Of a stretch of 47,969 nt of DNA, positions 44,612-47,969 are shown one piece after another. Made by a program: the position numbers and the translations under genes. This stretch comes from Treponema sp. (GTDB lineage: Bacteria > Spirochaetota > Spirochaetia > Treponematales > Breznakiellaceae): contig JAIRMT010000013.1 of NCBI GenBank assembly GCA_031258505.1, positions 1-47,969 on the forward strand. Reading direction: 5' to 3'. Numbering within the stretch: the first letter of the stretch is position 1; each line of letters begins with the position of its first letter. The notes beneath the pieces are model-generated. The model was not told the origin of the DNA, made no database searches, and was given only the letters and a program-made list of their open reading frames with translations.

Positions 44612-46340
44612 AGAATCTCCCAAAGGCATAGTATTAAATCCCCTCTGGCTGTGTTTTTTTATCAGCCTTATGACGCTGGCCTGCGCTTTCTCGCGGATAC
44701 AGGAAACGCCTCTGCCTGCTCAAGCGCCGCTGACGAATGGCGTGGAGGCGGCATTGCCGCGTGGAGGCGGCATTGCCGATGATATCCGCGCACTGACCGA
44801 GAGCGGGATACCGGACTCGCTGAATGAGGCGCTGGAGCTGATCCGAAGCAGAGATCTCGGCGGAAGCGAATTCGGCAGAAATATGAACTATGTAATTGTT
44901 ACCCTGTTCAAGATGCTCTATCCCGATATTACAACAACGCTTCCCGTAGCCGATCCATCGCCGAGTCATGTCTATACCAAAATAATCAGAAACGTCGCTC
45001 AGGGGGTGTATATCTCACCGCCAGATGATTCACAAGATTTTTTTGAGTACATTCTACCGTTTCTGGCTTTTTTCGCGCCAAGCGGAGCAAAACCTTACGC
45101 CACAGCCCTGCCAGATGTCAGACGGGCAGCGGAACTCAACCCCGATTCCGTGCTGCCGCCGTATTTTCTGGGGCTTATCTATGAGCATACCGGCAGTCTG
45201 AAAGAGGCGCGATCTTCATTTGAACGCGCTGTCGCTCGCTCGGCAGCCTGCTACCCAGCCGCGATTGGGCTTGCGCGGGTTATGGACGCAAGCGGCCAGA
45301 AACAAACAGCCACCAGTATGTTGCAGGAAATGGTCAACAGCTACCCGGACAACATGGCGATTAAACGTCAGCTTGCCCTTAACTATTACAACAATCAGGA
45401 TTGGTCCCGCGCTGAATCGGCCATTGCGGAGATACTCCAGAAGGACAGCAAAGACGCTGACTTTACCCTCATGCGCGCCCGTGTGCTTGTGGAAGAGGGA
45501 CAGCTTGTTCAGGCGCAGGCCGCACTTGAACAGTACGCTCCCATAAACCCGAATAACCGCCTCTATCTGTTCCTGCGCGCGAGAATACAAGCCGAAGGCT
45601 ACCGCAACCCGGATGCGGCTCTCACCTACCTTCGCGCCATTCTCAAGTCTCCTATGGTTAATGATGAAATATCGATCTACACCGCCCGTCTGCTTTTGGA
45701 ATCACGACGAGAAGATGACCAGAACGAAGGCCGTTCCCTGCTGAAAAGCCTGCTTAATGAAAAAGACCCTGTGTTTTCCGTTATTGACCTGGCGTTTCAG
45801 GACGCGCTGAACCGCAAAGACTGGGATGAGGCGGCTGTGTATCTTGACCGTGTACTTGAAGAGTCCCGCGCCGCTCATCTTCTGGACGCCTACAAAGTTG
45901 AGAATGGACGGGGAAATACGCAAGCGGCGCTGGCTTATGCCCAGGAGCTCCATCAACAGAAACCAACCAGCGAGGAAGGAACTCTCGCCCTGGTTACTGC
46001 CTTTGTCGAGACCGGCGCCCGCGACGAGGCCAGCCGCCTTATCGAAAGCCGCCTCGCAGACCTGAACAGCGGAAGCGTGAAGTCTCAGTATTACTATCTG
46101 CGAAGCCGCCTGCGGGATAACGATACAGAGGCGCTGGAGGACCTGCGTTCCAGTAACTTTGAAGACCCCCGCAACCTCGTGGCTCTGGTGGGCCTGTTCG
46201 AGGTATACCGGCGGCAAGGCGATGAGCGCCACGCGGTTTTCTACCTCAAACAGGCGCTTGCGCTGGCCCCGGACGCGCCGGAACTGCAAGTCTACAAACA
46301 GCAGTACGCCTCAGAGCTTTCTTACGATCCAACCGGATAG
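44577..46340 (+). CDS. TPR-repeat protein, probable lipoprotein
   Basis: 587 aa. Lipobox-like SLMTLAC follows a hydrophobic segment. TPR-like A/L/Y-rich repeats run throughout. The start is uncertain (44577 or 44595). Confidence 0.75.
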   Translation: MPILQKMRLQNKESPKGIVLNPLWLCFFISLMTLACAFSRIQETPLPAQAPLTNGVEAALPRGGGIADDIRALTESGIPDSLNEALELIRSRDLGGSEFGRNMNYVIVTLFKMLYPDITTTLPVADPSPSHVYTKIIRNVAQGVYISPPDDSQDFFEYILPFLAFFAPSGAKPYATALPDVRRAAELNPDSVLPPYFLGLIYEHTGSLKEARSSFERAVARSAACYPAAIGLARVMDASGQKQTATSMLQEMVNSYPDNMAIKRQLALNYYNNQDWSRAESAIAEILQKDSKDADFTLMRARVLVEEGQLVQAQAALEQYAPINPNNRLYLFLRARIQAEGYRNPDAALTYLRAILKSPMVNDEISIYTARLLLESRREDDQNEGRSLLKSLLNEKDPVFSVIDLAFQDALNRKDWDEAAVYLDRVLEESRAAHLLDAYKVENGRGNTQAALAYAQELHQQKPTSEEGTLALVTAFVETGARDEASRLIESRLADLNSGSVKSQYYYLRSRLRDNDTEALEDLRSSNFEDPRNLVALVGLFEVYRRQGDERHAVFYLKQALALAPDAPELQVYKQQYASELSYDPTG

Positions 46341-47591
46341 AATCCCGCCGTAGAAATAAAAGGCAACGTCAAAACGTATACCGCTGCTCGCGTCGTTCAC
46401 TTCGTAGTGCTTCGTAACCCCGAATTCCTTACAAAGGCGGTACTCACCCAGGCGGAGTTCCTTGCCTTTGGTGTATTCTCGCATCTTTTCGTGAATCAGC
46501 CGCATAACCCCTTCTTTTTCAAACGGATCGACCACGACGCTCTTGTTAAGCGGCGTTTGATAGCCTGACGCAGCGCGGCGGACGCGGGCAGCATCCGCGT
46601 AAGCGCGGAACGCGGCGCGAACTTCCGGGGAACGAATCGAGTCTATCGTAAAAATGGAAATGCCTTCAGCTCCGTTGTTCAGCGCCGCATCCATGAACTC
46701 GGTTACAGCCAGGGTATCCTTAATCATAAGGCCGCAGTAGAGCGTGGTTTCCGGCTTCTTGTCCCGCAGGTTTTCGAGAGTGCAGTCAGCGATGAAGCTG
46801 GCGTCTTCAGTATAAAAATCGTGATAGACCATAGGGAACACGATATCCAGATTCCACTTCCCCCAATCCTGCCGTACCATGGAACGCGACATCTTGGGCG
46901 TGGGAAACGGCGACGCGGCCATTACCTTGCTATAAGAATGAACCACATCCGCGATTTCATTAGCAACTTCAGTGATCTGCTCACAACGGAAGTTCAGCCA
47001 GGTCTCATCGCATGACGGGTCTTCCTGCTTGCGGGGATCATAGCTGTGGCGCTCCTTGAACGCGGCGATCATGGCTGGATGATACCCATAGTCCCACTGC
47101 GGATATTCCCGATCTTGCACCACATCATACTTTGGCCACAGCGTTGTCGGCAGGATTACATCCACGAAGCGATGATAGTCAATGGAAATCCCGTTAAGGC
47201 CATCGACTTCGCAGAACGCCCGCACTCGTTGCTTAATGAACTTGCGTACCTCCGGCAGAGCTGGACACAAAAACTTGTAGTAATCAACATACGCCTTAGT
47301 TTCCGTAATACTCTGCCCGAGCCGGTTCGCGCTGAACCAGTCCGGGTGTTCTACAAGCAGCTTGTCCACCCCCTGAGACTTCTCGACGTTCATCGTAACC
47401 ACCCAAGCATACACCTCAATGCCGTAGTTACGGGCAATAGCCACTGCCTTTCGGTAGTCTTCTGGTGTAGCTGCATTCAACTGTACGCCGTCAATACCGG
47501 TTTCCCGCATACGCGCGCACGCGGCGTCAAAATCCGCAGACGGGTCATAGCCCATCCATGTCCAGAACATGGGATACTGTTTTGTATTCAT
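46311..47591 (-). CDS. Putative TIM-barrel glycoside-hydrolase-like protein (GHL10/DUF187-like). Function is uncertain.
   Basis: 426-aa ORF with a clear ATG. Motifs such as HPDWF and GISIDYHRF resemble glycosyl-hydrolase-like family 10 proteins. This assignment is from memory only. Confidence 0.6.
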   Translation of the reverse strand: MNTKQYPMFWTWMGYDPSADFDAACARMRETGIDGVQLNAATPEDYRKAVAIARNYGIEVYAWVVTMNVEKSQGVDKLLVEHPDWFSANRLGQSITETKAYVDYYKFLCPALPEVRKFIKQRVRAFCEVDGLNGISIDYHRFVDVILPTTLWPKYDVVQDREYPQWDYGYHPAMIAAFKERHSYDPRKQEDPSCDETWLNFRCEQITEVANEIADVVHSYSKVMAASPFPTPKMSRSMVRQDWGKWNLDIVFPMVYHDFYTEDASFIADCTLENLRDKKPETTLYCGLMIKDTLAVTEFMDAALNNGAEGISIFTIDSIRSPEVRAAFRAYADAARVRRAASGYQTPLNKSVVVDPFEKEGVMRLIHEKMREYTKGKELRLGEYRLCKEFGVTKHYEVNDASSGIRFDVAFYFYGGILSGWIVRKL

Positions 47592-47840
47592 GCTTTCTCC
47601 TTGCCATTAAGTGTAGCACGGTCTTGTGCCAAGGTTAGATGCCTGGCACTGGTTGGATGTCTGCCATACTCGGCGCGAGCTTCGCCTATATCTTATGTCC
47701 TCTCGTCCCAGTAACTCAAATTTTTTAAAAATCCTCTAAAACCCTCTTGATATTTTTCTTACAGCACGATAGAATCTTAGCATGGTCTTGATGAAACGTC
47801 AGATGTCCGCTAGACATCTGCTAGTCTATAGTTATCTTCC

Positions 47841-47921
47841 TCCCGGCTCCCGGCTCCCGGCTCCCGGCTCCCGGCTCCCGGCTCCCGGCTCCCGGCTCCC
47901 GGCTCCCGGCTCCCGGCTCCC
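47841..47921. repeat. Heptanucleotide microsatellite (TCCCGGC) x 11.5
   Basis: I counted 11 perfect units plus TCCC directly in the sequence. It is intergenic, about 250 nt upstream of the 46311..47591 gene start. Confidence 0.97.
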
Positions 47922-47969
47922 ATTATACTCTCTTAACAAGACCGTTTGTCAAGCACTTTTCGACAAGTA

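Noticed and set aside
1-47969. The whole repeat-bounded region might be an integrative element, IS or ICE.
   Set aside because: No integrase, transposase, relaxase, conjugation gene or flanking tRNA gene was found in any frame. The mobility-like signatures (inverted repeats, flanking direct duplications) are therefore reported as findings rather than annotated as a mobile element.

Overview
The window looks like bacterial chromosome, possibly from a spirochaete such as a termite-gut Treponema. That guess is a low-confidence inference from the V-ATPase operon with DUF2764, the lipoprotein signals and a group-IV-type nifH. About two thirds of the window is sulfur metabolism. (1) On the minus strand at 3872-9583 is an operon of cysK, a nifB-like radical-SAM gene, and NifK/N-like, NifD/E-like and NifH-like genes. 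It is a nitrogenase-like reductase, not a canonical nif cluster. (2) A ~34-unit array of 23-24 bp palindromic repeats sits at 9652-10460. An inverted 14-unit partner sits at 43444-43766. (3) ispG and a complete V-type ATPase operon (E, DUF2764, A, B, D, I, K) occupy 10689-19051, followed by a hypothetical gene and a dCMP deaminase. (4) A plus-strand sulfur island spans 20898-43380. It starts with an orphan NifX-like gene. Next comes a methionine cassette: Fe-ADH, metQ, an OCD/mu-crystallin-family gene, metN, metI and a YbdL/KAT-like aminotransferase. Then comes a 12-gene run: a NitT/TauT-type ABC importer, cysK, a repeat-tailed lipoprotein, cysM, a JAMM-CysO fusion, moeZ, a Family 2A encapsulin with its cysteine desulfurase cargo, a Cys/Met PLP enzyme and cysE. 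A second NitT/TauT-type ABC importer closes the island. The island is built from cassettes. Each is headed by a copy of the same ~0.45-0.57 kb module (operator palindrome, sigma70-like promoter, SD and permease 5' end). (5) The right end carries a membrane protein, a TPR lipoprotein, a glycoside-hydrolase-like gene and an 11.5-copy heptanucleotide microsatellite. No tRNA, rRNA, CRISPR/cas, transposase or integrase gene was seen. All family assignments come from motifs read by eye in the supplied translations and need database confirmation.
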